From the NCBI GenBank assembly GCA_037440225.1, contig JBBIUN010000008.1:51225-115224 (forward strand): a DNA stretch of 64,000 nt, given 5' to 3'. The position numbers were made by a program, and so were the translations under genes. A model generated the notes under the pieces. It saw only the letters and a program-made list of their open reading frames with translations. It did not search any database and had not been told where the DNA came from. How positions within the stretch are numbered: position 1 is the stretch's first letter; every line of letters starts with the position of its first letter. This DNA is from Gemmatimonadota bacterium (GTDB lineage Bacteria > Gemmatimonadota > Gemmatimonadetes > Gemmatimonadales > GWC2-71-9). Shown piece by piece: positions 9,343 to 19,280 of this stretch.

Positions 9343-9873
9343 TCACTCCACCAGCACCGCGCGGTCCCAGGCCAGGTCCGCCAGCCTGACCAGCCATCCC
9401 GTATCACCGAAGCGGAAGGTCGGCACGGGGAGCCGCAGGGTTTCATCGTCGGTCACTAGGGCCACCCACAGGGCCGCGTCCGAGCTTTCGGGATGGAAGA
9501 GCGGTTCGGGGTGCCGCGCGCGGCGATGGACCTCGATCTTCGGGAGCCCGGACTTCTTGAACCCCTCGACCACCACGATCTCCGCGTCCCCGAGGTAGCG
9601 GCGGGCGAGCGCCAGCGGGTCGGCCTCTTCCTGGGTCCGCTCGAATAGCACCCGGCCGCCAGGGAACTCCATCAGGACCTGGCCCGCCATCCCCTGGTGA
9701 AAGTGCCGGTAGGTGTCGGTGCCGGGGGTGTCTACGTCGGCCGGGTGGGAGCCGTGCTTGATGGTGGCCACTCGGTGCCCGCGCTTGACCCACTCCGCGG
9801 CCAGCGCCACCACCAGCGAGGTCTTGCCGGCGTCCTTCTTGCCGATCACCGAGATGAGACGCGTTGCCGCCAT
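9343..9873 (-). CDS. mobB: molybdopterin-guanine dinucleotide biosynthesis adaptor protein MobB
   Basis: 'ISVIGKKDAGKTSLV' P-loop, 'VATIKH', 'VVVEGFK'. Start is ATG 9873. The N-terminal 205 aa of the 381-aa track ORF are an out-of-frame overlap with mobA. Confidence 0.85.
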   Translation of the reverse strand: MAATRLISVIGKKDAGKTSLVVALAAEWVKRGHRVATIKHGSHPADVDTPGTDTYRHFHQGMAGQVLMEFPGGRVLFERTQEEADPLALARRYLGDAEIVVVEGFKKSGLPKIEVHRRARHPEPLFHPESSDAALWVALVTDDETLRLPVPTFRFGDTGWLVRLADLAWDRAVLVE

Positions 9874-10463
9874 AGCGCTTCCGCTTCCGCCAGCTCCTCG
9901 GCGGTATTCACGTTGAAAAACAGCAGCGCGGGATCGCCGTGCCGGGCGACTTGGTCGAGCGGCAGCGTGCCCACTCGGACAGCGTCGTGAAAACCGATCA
10001 TGCGATAGTCCTCGCGCTGGAGCCGCTCCCGAATGGCCGGCCCGCATGCGGGACGGTACACCCCGCACAGTGGCTCCAGTCCTCTCCGGTTGTTGCTCTC
10101 CGGCAGGAACACGTCGTAGTCCGCGGCTCCCTCGACCAGGGCGCGGAGCAGGGAAACCGGTACGAAGGGCATGTCCCATGCCAGGACCAAGACCGGTTGC
10201 TCCGACGACGAGACCGCCGTGTAGATGCCTCCCAGTGCCCCGCAGTGCGGCATCAGATCCCGAAACACGGTGAGTCCGGGATACCAGGATTCCGCATCCT
10301 CCGCGTTGGCCACCAGAGCCGGCAGGGCCCCGGTGGCATCGCGAAGCGACTCCACCACGAGATCCAGGATCCTTTGTCCCCCCACCCGTTCCAATCCCTT
10401 GGGCCGCCCGCCGAACCGGCTGGCTGCGCCGCCGGCTAGGACTGCGCCGCGGATCGCTGCCAT
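9846..10463 (-). CDS. mobA: molybdenum cofactor guanylyltransferase MobA
   Basis: 'GAVLAGGAASRFGGRPKGL', 'LAWDMPF' MobA motifs. ATG 10463 overlaps the fdhD stop (ATGA). The 3' end overlaps mobB by 28 nt. Confidence 0.85.
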   Translation of the reverse strand: MAAIRGAVLAGGAASRFGGRPKGLERVGGQRILDLVVESLRDATGALPALVANAEDAESWYPGLTVFRDLMPHCGALGGIYTAVSSSEQPVLVLAWDMPFVPVSLLRALVEGAADYDVFLPESNNRRGLEPLCGVYRPACGPAIRERLQREDYRMIGFHDAVRVGTLPLDQVARHGDPALLFFNVNTAEELAEAEALWRQRVSSR

Positions 10464-11185
10464 CAGGCGCCGTCCGGCCAGTGGACATGCGGGGCTCCGC
10501 TCACCGCGCGGCCTACCAGCACCAGGCCGGCGCGGCGGGCGATCTCCACCGCGAGCGAGGAGGGCACGGAGGGAGTCGCAATGTAGGCCAGCGCGGCCCG
10601 AGCCCCCTTGAAGGCCAGCTCTGCCGAAATCCGGCCGGTGACCAAGAGGCCCAGTCCCGAAAGCGGGCGCCGGGCCAGGATCGCTCCGCCGATCACCTTG
10701 TCCACCGCGTTGTGCCGGCCGATGTCCTCGGCGTGGTGCAACAGGCTCGCGCCGTCCGTCAAGGCGGCCGCGTGAATGCCTCCGGTTTCGCGGTACCTGG
10801 TGCCGCGGGCGAACAGCTCCTTGAACAAGGCCCGCAACCTCTCGGGGTCCGGGACCGGCCCCCGCTGCGCGCTGGCCGGCAGCACAGCCGGATCCGCCAG
10901 CATGGTGGTGACGGCCCCGCAGCCGGACGCCAGCACCCGTTTCCGGTTCTCCCGCTTGACGGCGGCTGCGAGTTCGGCGCTCACCTCCGCCCAGAAGCCC
11001 AAGTCCGTAGCGCAGGGCCTCAACTTGAGCAGGTCGTCCCCGGTGCGGATGTATCCCTCTCCGTGCAGCCAGCCCACGGCCAACTCCTCGAGCTGGTCCG
11101 GGGTGCACATCCAGGTCACCGCGGGCTCTCCGTTCACCTCGAGCCAGACCGCCACCTCTTCGACCACCGCAGACTCGGCCGCCAT
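10463..11185 (-). CDS. fdhD: formate dehydrogenase accessory sulfurtransferase FdhD
   Basis: 'ASGCGAV', 'GGIHAAAL', 'EDIGRHNAVDKVIG', 'LLVTGRIS.E' FdhD motifs. ATG 11185 has GGAGG 4 nt upstream. The track start at 11251 is a TTG without an SD box. Confidence 0.85.
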   Translation of the reverse strand: MAAESAVVEEVAVWLEVNGEPAVTWMCTPDQLEELAVGWLHGEGYIRTGDDLLKLRPCATDLGFWAEVSAELAAAVKRENRKRVLASGCGAVTTMLADPAVLPASAQRGPVPDPERLRALFKELFARGTRYRETGGIHAAALTDGASLLHHAEDIGRHNAVDKVIGGAILARRPLSGLGLLVTGRISAELAFKGARAALAYIATPSVPSSLAVEIARRAGLVLVGRAVSGAPHVHWPDGA

Positions 11186-11346
11186 GCGGCCTCCGCGCTT
11201 GATGGGCCTTGCGGCGTGATGCTGGTAGGCCGGACCTGGTGAAGTGTCCAAAGGAACGCCCGCTGCGCTGGAGTCGGTGAGAATCTACCCCGCCGCTCGG
11301 CAACCTGCACGCGCCGCGGGTCGCCGAGATCGCGAAACGCGAACCT

Positions 11347-11375
11347 CGGTGCCGGGCCAAGGCACCGCGGTTTTT
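11347..11375 (+). terminator. orphan intrinsic-terminator-like hairpin + T5 on the plus strand
   Basis: CGGTGCC (11347-11353) / GGCACCG (11361-11367), 7-nt loop, then CGG TTTTT (11371-11375). No plus-strand gene ends here. Confidence 0.3.
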
Positions 11376-11405
11376 GCGGCGGCGGTTGCTGCCCGCGGGG
11401 CGGGC

Positions 11406-12407
11406 TCAAAACACGCGTACCGCCATGGTCTTGATCGAGAGCACCACCGCAGAGCCCAGGGTGAGCCCGAGGTCCGCCAGCGCGGCGTGGGTCAGCCGGA
11501 CTACCAAGTCCACGCCGACGTCCACCGTGAGGGTGACACCGCCGCGTCCGTCTTCGCTGATGCTTCTCACGCGGCCGCGAAACTCGTTGCGCGCGCTGGA
11601 GTGGAGCGGCGCCGTGCTCACCACGATATCCTCGGGTGGCAGGGCGATGATCGCGGGCCCGGTGCGTTCCGTATAAACCTGCAGCGTGAGCGGCCCGGCA
11701 CGGACCGTGCGCGGGCCCGTCCCGGGCGGGATGTCAACGCGGAAGAGGTTCGCCGGCGTTACCGGGGCGAGTTCGCCGCCGGCCAAGGCCACCACCCGGT
11801 CGGACCAGCGGTAGGCGTCCTCGAGCTGGTGCGAGGCGAAGCAGAGTGCCGCGCCGCGCCCGCGCTCCTCCGCCAGCACGCGGTAGAGCAGGCCGGTGGA
11901 GGCCGGGTCCGCGGCACTTGCCGGCTCGTCGAGCAGGAGCACGTCGGGCTGAAGCGCCAGCGCCCGGGCCACCGCGACTTTTTGCACTTCGCCCTCACTG
12001 AGCCGCCGGGCGTCGCGATCGCGGAGGGAGCCGATAGCCAAACGGTCCAGGGCTCGAGCGCTCCGTTCCGCGGCGGCGCGGCCTCGCAACCCGTGCAGCG
12101 CGAGCGCGTAGGCCAGGTTCTCCGCCACCGAGCCGGGGAAGAGCAAGGGCCGTTGCTCGACCAGTGTCACCCGCTGCCGCGCCCGCCGCCAGTCGTGGGG
12201 CCGCGCCAGGGGGCGCCCGTCGAGCCGCACCGTGCCTCTGGTGGGGACTTCCAGGCAGGCCAGCAGCCTGAGCAGGGTGCTCTTGCCCGCGCCGTTGGGT
12301 CCCACCACGGCGGCCACGCTCCCGGGTTCCAGCTCGAACGCTGGAATGGCCAGCACCCGGCGGTCGCCGTAGCAATGCTCGACGCCTTGCAGGCTAATCC
12401 GCGCCAC
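11406..12407 (-). CDS. ABC transporter ATP-binding protein with C-terminal Mop/TOBE domain (TupC/ModC-like)
   Basis: Walker A 'GPNGAGKSTL', signature 'LSEGEVQKV', Walker B 'LLLDEP'. The C-terminal 'SARNEFRGRV...VDVG..LV..LT......L.L..G..V...IK' resembles a molybdate/tungstate-binding Mop domain. GTG start at 12407. Confidence 0.8.
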   Translation of the reverse strand: MARISLQGVEHCYGDRRVLAIPAFELEPGSVAAVVGPNGAGKSTLLRLLACLEVPTRGTVRLDGRPLARPHDWRRARQRVTLVEQRPLLFPGSVAENLAYALALHGLRGRAAAERSARALDRLAIGSLRDRDARRLSEGEVQKVAVARALALQPDVLLLDEPASAADPASTGLLYRVLAEERGRGAALCFASHQLEDAYRWSDRVVALAGGELAPVTPANLFRVDIPPGTGPRTVRAGPLTLQVYTERTGPAIIALPPEDIVVSTAPLHSSARNEFRGRVRSISEDGRGGVTLTVDVGVDLVVRLTHAALADLGLTLGSAVVLSIKTMAVRVF

Positions 12408-13089
12408 GGCCCTGGAAGAGTTGCAGCAGCACGTTGACGGTCAGAGCGAGCCCCAGAAGCAAAAGCCCGAGTGCCATAGCCAGGCCGAAGTCCCCCTGCG
12501 AAGTGGCCAGTGCCACGGCGGTGGTGAGGGTGCGCGTGTGGTAGCGGATGTTGCCGCCCACGATCATGGCCGCCCCCACTTCGGCCAGCACCCGCCCGAA
12601 CGCTACCACCACCCCGGACATCAGGCTGAACCGCGCCTGGCGGGCCACGGCCCAGTGCGCCTGCCAGGGGCCGGCACCCAAGGTGAGCGCGGTGCGCCGT
12701 ACCCGCGGGTCCACCGCCTGTACCGCGGCGGCGGTCAGCGCGGCCGCGATGGGGACCGCCAGCACCACCTCGGCCAGGACGATCGCGGGCCAGGTGTACA
12801 ACAGGCCGAACCGGCCGAGCGGGCCCCGGCGGGCCAGCAGTCCCCAGATGAGGAGGCCGACCACCACGGTGGGGAAGGCGAGGAGCGTGTTGAGCGTGGT
12901 GATGACCGCCCGCCGCCCGAAAAACCGCGTGGTGCCCAGCACGAACCCCGCGGGCACTCCGAGGGCGCAGGCTATCAGCGTGGCGAGCAGCGCGACCTTG
13001 AGCGACAGCCAGGTGGTGCCGAACACCTCGGCGTCGCCTGAAAAGATCAGCTCGGCGCCGCGGCGCAGGCCGTCAGTGAAGAAGTCCAC
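12394..13089 (-). CDS. ABC transporter permease (TupB-like tungstate/molybdate family)
   Basis: Five or six TM helices, 'RTALTLGAG' EAA-like loop, 'VGGNIRYHTRTLTTA' typical of TupB-type permeases. The 3' end overlaps the ATPase start by 14 nt. Confidence 0.75.
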   Translation of the reverse strand: MDFFTDGLRRGAELIFSGDAEVFGTTWLSLKVALLATLIACALGVPAGFVLGTTRFFGRRAVITTLNTLLAFPTVVVGLLIWGLLARRGPLGRFGLLYTWPAIVLAEVVLAVPIAAALTAAAVQAVDPRVRRTALTLGAGPWQAHWAVARQARFSLMSGVVVAFGRVLAEVGAAMIVGGNIRYHTRTLTTAVALATSQGDFGLAMALGLLLLGLALTVNVLLQLFQGRGAD

Positions 13090-13116
13090 GAAGCGGTCCG
13101 GGGGGCAAAGCCCCTC

Positions 13117-13818
13117 TCATCGGCGCAGGATGTACCCCAAACCGACGAGCAGCGTGGGGTTATGGACCCACTCCTTGATGGGATCGCTGGGCAGCAGCAC
13201 GGGGTTGGACCCGCCGGTCCAGCCGGTGGGATAACGCAGGCGCCAGATCGGGTCCCACCCCTCGACCCACACGCTGAACGGCCCCGCGCCGTAGAAGCGG
13301 ACGCCCACGTGGGGGCCCGCCTGGAACGGCGTGCCGAAGGAAAAGCCGCTGGCATCGCTCACCGTGCTGCCGGTCGCCGTCCCCAACGAAGCGCCCACGT
13401 ACGGTAAAAGCCCGTGCCAGGTCTTGGCGCCGGTGATCCGCAGCGCGAAACCGGCATCGAAGATCACCACCTGCTGAGAGGCGGTGCCCACCGACCTGCT
13501 TTCCGGTGGGGCCGAAGGATCAATCAGATGGCGGGTCAACTGCGCGCCAGTAACGCCGAGCCAGGCCTCGAGCGGCGCGCTCAAGCTGATGGCGAAGCGC
13601 GCCCCCCCGAGAAACCCTTGTCTGGGCCCCACCCCCGCGACTCCGCCTCCGCCGCCCAAATATCCCCCGCTCAGGGTGATCTGCTGGGTGGCTCGCAGGT
13701 CCCGGTACGGGGAATGCTGCGGGTCGTGGCCAACCTGGCCCGCGAGCGCGGGCGGCCAGGCTAGGGCCGCGACCCCGAAACAGGCTAGCGCGGCGATGGG
13801 AGGGAGGCGGTTTGACAT
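13117..13818 (-). CDS. secreted beta-barrel-like protein (hypothetical outer-membrane protein)
   Basis: Signal peptide 'IAALACFGVAALAWPPALAG', then alternating Gly/aromatic-rich strands. Lies 27 nt upstream of the permease gene. Confidence 0.55.
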   Translation of the reverse strand: MSNRLPPIAALACFGVAALAWPPALAGQVGHDPQHSPYRDLRATQQITLSGGYLGGGGGVAGVGPRQGFLGGARFAISLSAPLEAWLGVTGAQLTRHLIDPSAPPESRSVGTASQQVVIFDAGFALRITGAKTWHGLLPYVGASLGTATGSTVSDASGFSFGTPFQAGPHVGVRFYGAGPFSVWVEGWDPIWRLRYPTGWTGGSNPVLLPSDPIKEWVHNPTLLVGLGYILRR

Positions 13819-13856
13819 CGAGCCAAGGCTCTCGTACGTTGCTCTAAGTTACGGCG

Positions 13857-14897
13857 ATGCGGCAATCTAGCTTGGTTCGCGCCACCCTACCAGCCTGGTG
13901 TGCGGCGCTGGCGCTGGCCGGGGCCGCCCTGCCCACGACGGCGCAAACCCGATACCGCACCACGCGACCCGATGCCTTCCGCCAACAGCCCGGAGCGGAC
14001 CAGAAGGTGCTGGCCTCCGTCGCCCGAGGCACGGAGCTGGCCGGCGGTCGAACCCAAGACGGCTGGACCGAGGTCACGCTGGAGGGCTGGATCTGGGCTC
14101 GGTCCGTGGCTCGCACCGACCGGGACGGGTTCGAGTTGGTGGTATCGGCCTCGCGGGGAGAGAATCTCCGAGCCCAGCCCAACGGGCCGATCATAGCCCG
14201 GCTGGCAGGCGGGTTCCTGCTCGACGAAGTGCGGCGTGACGCGAGCGGCTGGGTGCTGGTCCGCCGTACGGGGTGGATGCGGGCCGGTTCGCTGGAAGCG
14301 GTGGGCGCCTCGCGCGGCGCGGGCGCCGGCGCGCCGCCTGGTGCCCCGGTCGAGAGCGGCGGGCTGGCTCAGCCGGGCTCCTCCGCGCTCGACCGGGCGG
14401 TCACCGCGCGCGCGGCTGAACTGAAGCAAACGCCCGGCGGCCCTCCGTTGGGATCGCTGGCGGCGGACGCAGCCATCAAGGTGCTGGCGCGCTCCGGCGA
14501 GTGGGTGCGGGTGCAGGCGGAAGGCTGGATCCGGGAAGAAGACCTCCGGCCCCAAGCCCCGGGCGTGCTGGTCGGGGTCAGTGGGGCCGAAGTGCGGGCG
14601 CGACCGGCCGACTTCGAGGGGAAGGTGGTGCAGTGGAGGGTCCAATATCTGGCCCTCCAGACCGCCGACGAGATCCGGCGCGAGATGCCCGTCGGACAGC
14701 GCTACCTGCTGGCCCGGGGACCCTTGCCGGAGGCAGGGTTCGTGTACGTGTTGCTGGCCCCGGAGCAGGCGCAGCGGATCGGCGAGCTTCAGCCGCTCAG
14801 CGAGCTGGTCATCGTGGCGCGCATCAGGGTCGGGCGATCCCAGTACCTGGGCAACCCCGTGGTCGAGCTGCTGGATCTGGCCGTTCGGCAGCCGTAG
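13857..14897 (+). CDS. secreted protein with three SH3b-like repeats
   Basis: Signal peptide ending 'TTAQ'. Three repeats of the pattern 'R..P......L......L......GW..V...GW'. Confidence 0.6.
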   Translation: MRQSSLVRATLPAWCAALALAGAALPTTAQTRYRTTRPDAFRQQPGADQKVLASVARGTELAGGRTQDGWTEVTLEGWIWARSVARTDRDGFELVVSASRGENLRAQPNGPIIARLAGGFLLDEVRRDASGWVLVRRTGWMRAGSLEAVGASRGAGAGAPPGAPVESGGLAQPGSSALDRAVTARAAELKQTPGGPPLGSLAADAAIKVLARSGEWVRVQAEGWIREEDLRPQAPGVLVGVSGAEVRARPADFEGKVVQWRVQYLALQTADEIRREMPVGQRYLLARGPLPEAGFVYVLLAPEQAQRIGELQPLSELVIVARIRVGRSQYLGNPVVELLDLAVRQP

Positions 14898-14920
14898 GGT
14901 ACCGCCTCGAGGGAGAGGGG

Positions 14921-15313
14921 ATGGACGAGATTCTTCGCCGGCGCATCGAGCGCAAGTTGGAAGGCCTGCCGGAGGACAAAGCCTACCAGGTACTCGACTA
15001 CCTCGAGTTCCTGGAATCCAAGTACGGCACCACCGCCCGGGCGCCCGGTGTCTTGGAGCGGGTCGCCGAAGGGGTGGGCGATACCCTGCGAGCTGCCCGG
15101 CTGCCCGCGGTGGCGCTCGAGGGCACCATGAACGCGGTGGACTCGGCGGCCCGGTTGATGCGCGGCCTGGTGGCCGCGGGGCGGGCTGCGATGGAGGAAC
15201 TGCGGCGCGCCGCGGCAGCGCCGGCCGGCAGCCAGACGAGTGCCAAGCCGGCCGAGCCGGCGGGCCCGGCGCCCGCTGAACCTCGAGCGGAGCCGCCTTC
15301 AGGGACTGCTTGA
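14921..15313 (+). CDS. hypothetical protein (DUF2281-like N-terminus, Ala/Pro-rich tail)
   Basis: ATG 14921 follows GGGAGAGGGG. 'LPEDKAYQVLDYLEFLESKY' resembles DUF2281-type helices. The upstream part of the 270-aa track ORF overlaps the SH3 gene out of frame. Confidence 0.5.
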   Translation: MDEILRRRIERKLEGLPEDKAYQVLDYLEFLESKYGTTARAPGVLERVAEGVGDTLRAARLPAVALEGTMNAVDSAARLMRGLVAAGRAAMEELRRAAAAPAGSQTSAKPAEPAGPAPAEPRAEPPSGTA

Positions 15314-15368
15314 CCGGCCGGCCGCGGCGCGGCTACCTTCCGCCATGGAACGCGAGAACGGTGTGCAG

Positions 15369-15403
15369 CAAACCCGCGCGGCCGCACCAGGCCGGCGGGT
15401 TTG
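15369..15403 (+). terminator. strong GC hairpin upstream of guaB
   Basis: 13-bp stem with one bulge (CAAACCCGCGCGGC / GCCGGCGGGTTTG) and an 8-nt loop, followed by AGTGTTT. Could terminate the upstream gene or act as a guaB leader structure. Confidence 0.4.
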
Positions 15404-15404
15404 A

Positions 15405-16880
<1,476 letters not shown>

Positions 16881-17022
16881 CGCGTGGAACCCGCCCTCGC
16901 CGCGCCGCGTTGCTGCGGGCGCAGGTTGGTCAGTATCGGCATGAGCGAGGAGGCTCAGCTCGAGACGGCGCGGCTCCAGCAAGCGCTTCAGGCGCGCACC
17001 GCGCCGGCAGGAGGACAGCGGC

Positions 17023-18078
17023 GTGGGCCGCAAGCGCGCGAGTAGCCGGGTGCCGGGGCGGGGCGTCTCGGTGCCCGCGGCGCGCCGCCGGGCTGCGGCG
17101 GAACTCGCCCGCCTCTTGAAGCCGGGCATGCGTGTGGCGCTGACCACCCACGTCAATGCGGACGGCGACGGGGCGGGTTCGGCAGTGGCTCTCTGGCACC
17201 TGCTCACGGCGCGGGGTGTGCGGGCGGCCATCGCCAACCCCACGCCGTTTCCCGAGCGGTACGCCTTCCTCCTCCAGGGGAGCGAGCACGCCGACAAGTC
17301 CGCCGACGCGGTACGCCACCTGAGGCGGGCGGATGCCGTGGTGGTGCTGGACATCAGCGACGTGGGCAGGCTGGGTCAGCTCGGCGCCGTGGTGCAGGAG
17401 ACCGGTGTCCCGGTGGCTTGCGTGGATCACCACACCAGTGACGGCTCCCTGCCGCCGGGCCCCCGGCTGGTGGACGACCGGGCCAGCGCCACGGGCGAGC
17501 TGATCTACGATTTGGCGCGTTCGGTGGGCTGGACCCTGAGCCCCGAGGCGGCGCGCGCCTTGTACGTGGCCATTCTCACGGATACCGGCGGGTTCCGGTT
17601 CAGCAATACCTCCTCCCGGGCGCTCCAAGTCGCGGCCCACCTCTTGGCCCACGGCCTCGATCCGGAAGAGATCTACCGGGAGGTGTATGCCACGGCCTCC
17701 GAAGGCCGGGTGCGCCTCTTGGCCGAAGTGCTCGAGACGCTGGTGGTGGAACACGACCGCGGCTTGGCCTGGATGACCGTGCCCCCGGGCGCCCTGGAAC
17801 GACACGGGGTGGACGCCGAAGACCTCGAGGGCGTGGTGGAGTTCGCCCGTTCCATTCGCGGCATCCGGTTGGCCCTGCTGTTCCGGCTGCTGGCCAACGG
17901 CCGGGTCAAGGTCTCGTTCCGCTCGACCGGCGACGTGGACGTGGCCCAGCTGGCGTCGCAATTTGGCGGCGGGGGACACAAGAAGGCGGCCGGTGCCGCC
18001 CTGGGAGGCCCGCTGGCGGATGCCCAGGCCAGGGTCCTCGCCGCCGCGCGGGAATGGCTTTCGTCCCGGCGCGCGTGA
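17023..18078 (+). CDS. DHH-family phosphoesterase (NrnA-like oligoribonuclease/pAp phosphatase)
   Basis: 'HVNADGDGAGS', 'DHH' in 'CVDHHTS', and the DHHA1 motif 'GGGGHKKAAGA'. GTG 17023 is 8 nt after GGAGGA. Confidence 0.8.
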   Translation: MGRKRASSRVPGRGVSVPAARRRAAAELARLLKPGMRVALTTHVNADGDGAGSAVALWHLLTARGVRAAIANPTPFPERYAFLLQGSEHADKSADAVRHLRRADAVVVLDISDVGRLGQLGAVVQETGVPVACVDHHTSDGSLPPGPRLVDDRASATGELIYDLARSVGWTLSPEAARALYVAILTDTGGFRFSNTSSRALQVAAHLLAHGLDPEEIYREVYATASEGRVRLLAEVLETLVVEHDRGLAWMTVPPGALERHGVDAEDLEGVVEFARSIRGIRLALLFRLLANGRVKVSFRSTGDVDVAQLASQFGGGGHKKAAGAALGGPLADAQARVLAAAREWLSSRRA

Positions 18079-18181
18079 AGGCGCCGGCCGAGCAAGAGGC
18101 CAACCGGAACCGGGTGGCCCGGCGGGCCGCCGCCGGCGCAGCCTAGGCTCTTCTTACCCCGCCGCTTACATTGCTGGAACC

Positions 18182-19276
18182 ATGGCTGCCACGTTGGAAT
18201 CCCAGGTCGCCGCCGCTCTGTCCCACCTGCGGCACCCGCGCACGGGCGGGGATGTACTTTCGTCCGGGGCGGTGCAAGACCTGGAGATCGAGGAGGGAGG
18301 CCGGGTCTCGCTCAAGTTCCTGCTTTCGCGGGAGGATCCCGCGTCCCTGGTGCGCGAGGTCCGCAGAGCGCTGCAGGCGATTCCCGGCGTCAGCGAGGTG
18401 AAGATGGAAGTGGTCGAGCCGCCGGGCCGGGCGGCGCCGGCCGGGACCGTACCGGCCGCCGCCCCGCCCCACGCACCGGATGCCGCAGCCACCGGGCAGC
18501 TGCGCCACGTTCTCGCCGTATCCAGCGGAAAGGGGGGAGTCGGCAAGTCCACGGTGGCGGCCAATCTCGCGGCTGTCTGGGCGCGGCAGGGGTGCCGGGT
18601 GGGCATCATGGACGCCGACGTGTACGGGCCGAACATCCCCCGCATGTTCGGCGTGAACCAGAAGCCGCCGGTGCGAGACGGCAAGATCATCCCGCTGGAG
18701 CGCTTCGGCGTCAAGCTCATGTCCTTGGGCTTTCTGGTGGATCGCGATGCTCCCGCGATTTGGCGCGGGCCTATCGTGACCAAGATCATCCAGCAATTCC
18801 TCCACGACGTGGATTGGGGCGAGCTGGACTACTTGGTGGTGGATCTGCCGCCCGGTACCGGCGATGCCCAGCTCTCCTTGGCACAGGCGGTGCAGTTGGA
18901 CGGGGCGATCATCGTGACCACGCCCCAGGAAGTGGCCATCGGTGACGCCCTCCGCGGCGCCAAGATGTTCGAACGCGTGAGCGTGCCGGTCCTCGGCGTG
19001 GTGGAGAACATGAGCTATTTCGCCTGCCCCCACTGCGGGACCCGGACCAACATCTTCCTGGCCGATGGCGGCAGCCGCCTGGCCGGTGAACTGGGCGTTC
19101 CGCTGCTCGGTCAAGTGCCGCTCCAGGCCCGGATGGCCGACCTCGCCGACGCCGGGCAACCCATCGTGCTGGCTGAACCGGACTCGCCGGCGGCGAGCGC
19201 CTTGATAGCCGTGGCCCAGGAGGTGGAAGCGCGCGCCGGGGGCAAGAAAGTGCGCCTGCCCATTCTCACTGGCTGA
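18182..19276 (+). CDS. apbC: Mrp/ApbC-type iron-sulfur cluster carrier ATPase
   Basis: N-terminal DUF59-like domain, deviant Walker A 'SGKGGVGKST', 'CPHCG' cluster-binding motif. Start set at ATG 18182. Confidence 0.9.
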   Translation: MAATLESQVAAALSHLRHPRTGGDVLSSGAVQDLEIEEGGRVSLKFLLSREDPASLVREVRRALQAIPGVSEVKMEVVEPPGRAAPAGTVPAAAPPHAPDAAATGQLRHVLAVSSGKGGVGKSTVAANLAAVWARQGCRVGIMDADVYGPNIPRMFGVNQKPPVRDGKIIPLERFGVKLMSLGFLVDRDAPAIWRGPIVTKIIQQFLHDVDWGELDYLVVDLPPGTGDAQLSLAQAVQLDGAIIVTTPQEVAIGDALRGAKMFERVSVPVLGVVENMSYFACPHCGTRTNIFLADGGSRLAGELGVPLLGQVPLQARMADLADAGQPIVLAEPDSPAASALIAVAQEVEARAGGKKVRLPILTG

Positions 19277-19280
19277 GGCC

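Noticed and set aside
10463-11251. The track start (TTG 11251) for fdhD.
   Set aside because: It is a TTG with no SD box. The in-frame ATG at 11185 has GGAGG 4 nt upstream and still leaves a full-length FdhD. The longer form cannot be excluded.
11186-11405. Calling this spacer a Moco riboswitch.
   Set aside because: The context fits, but I could not identify the conserved core nucleotides of the Moco motif with confidence from memory. It is reported only as a structured spacer to be tested with a covariance model.
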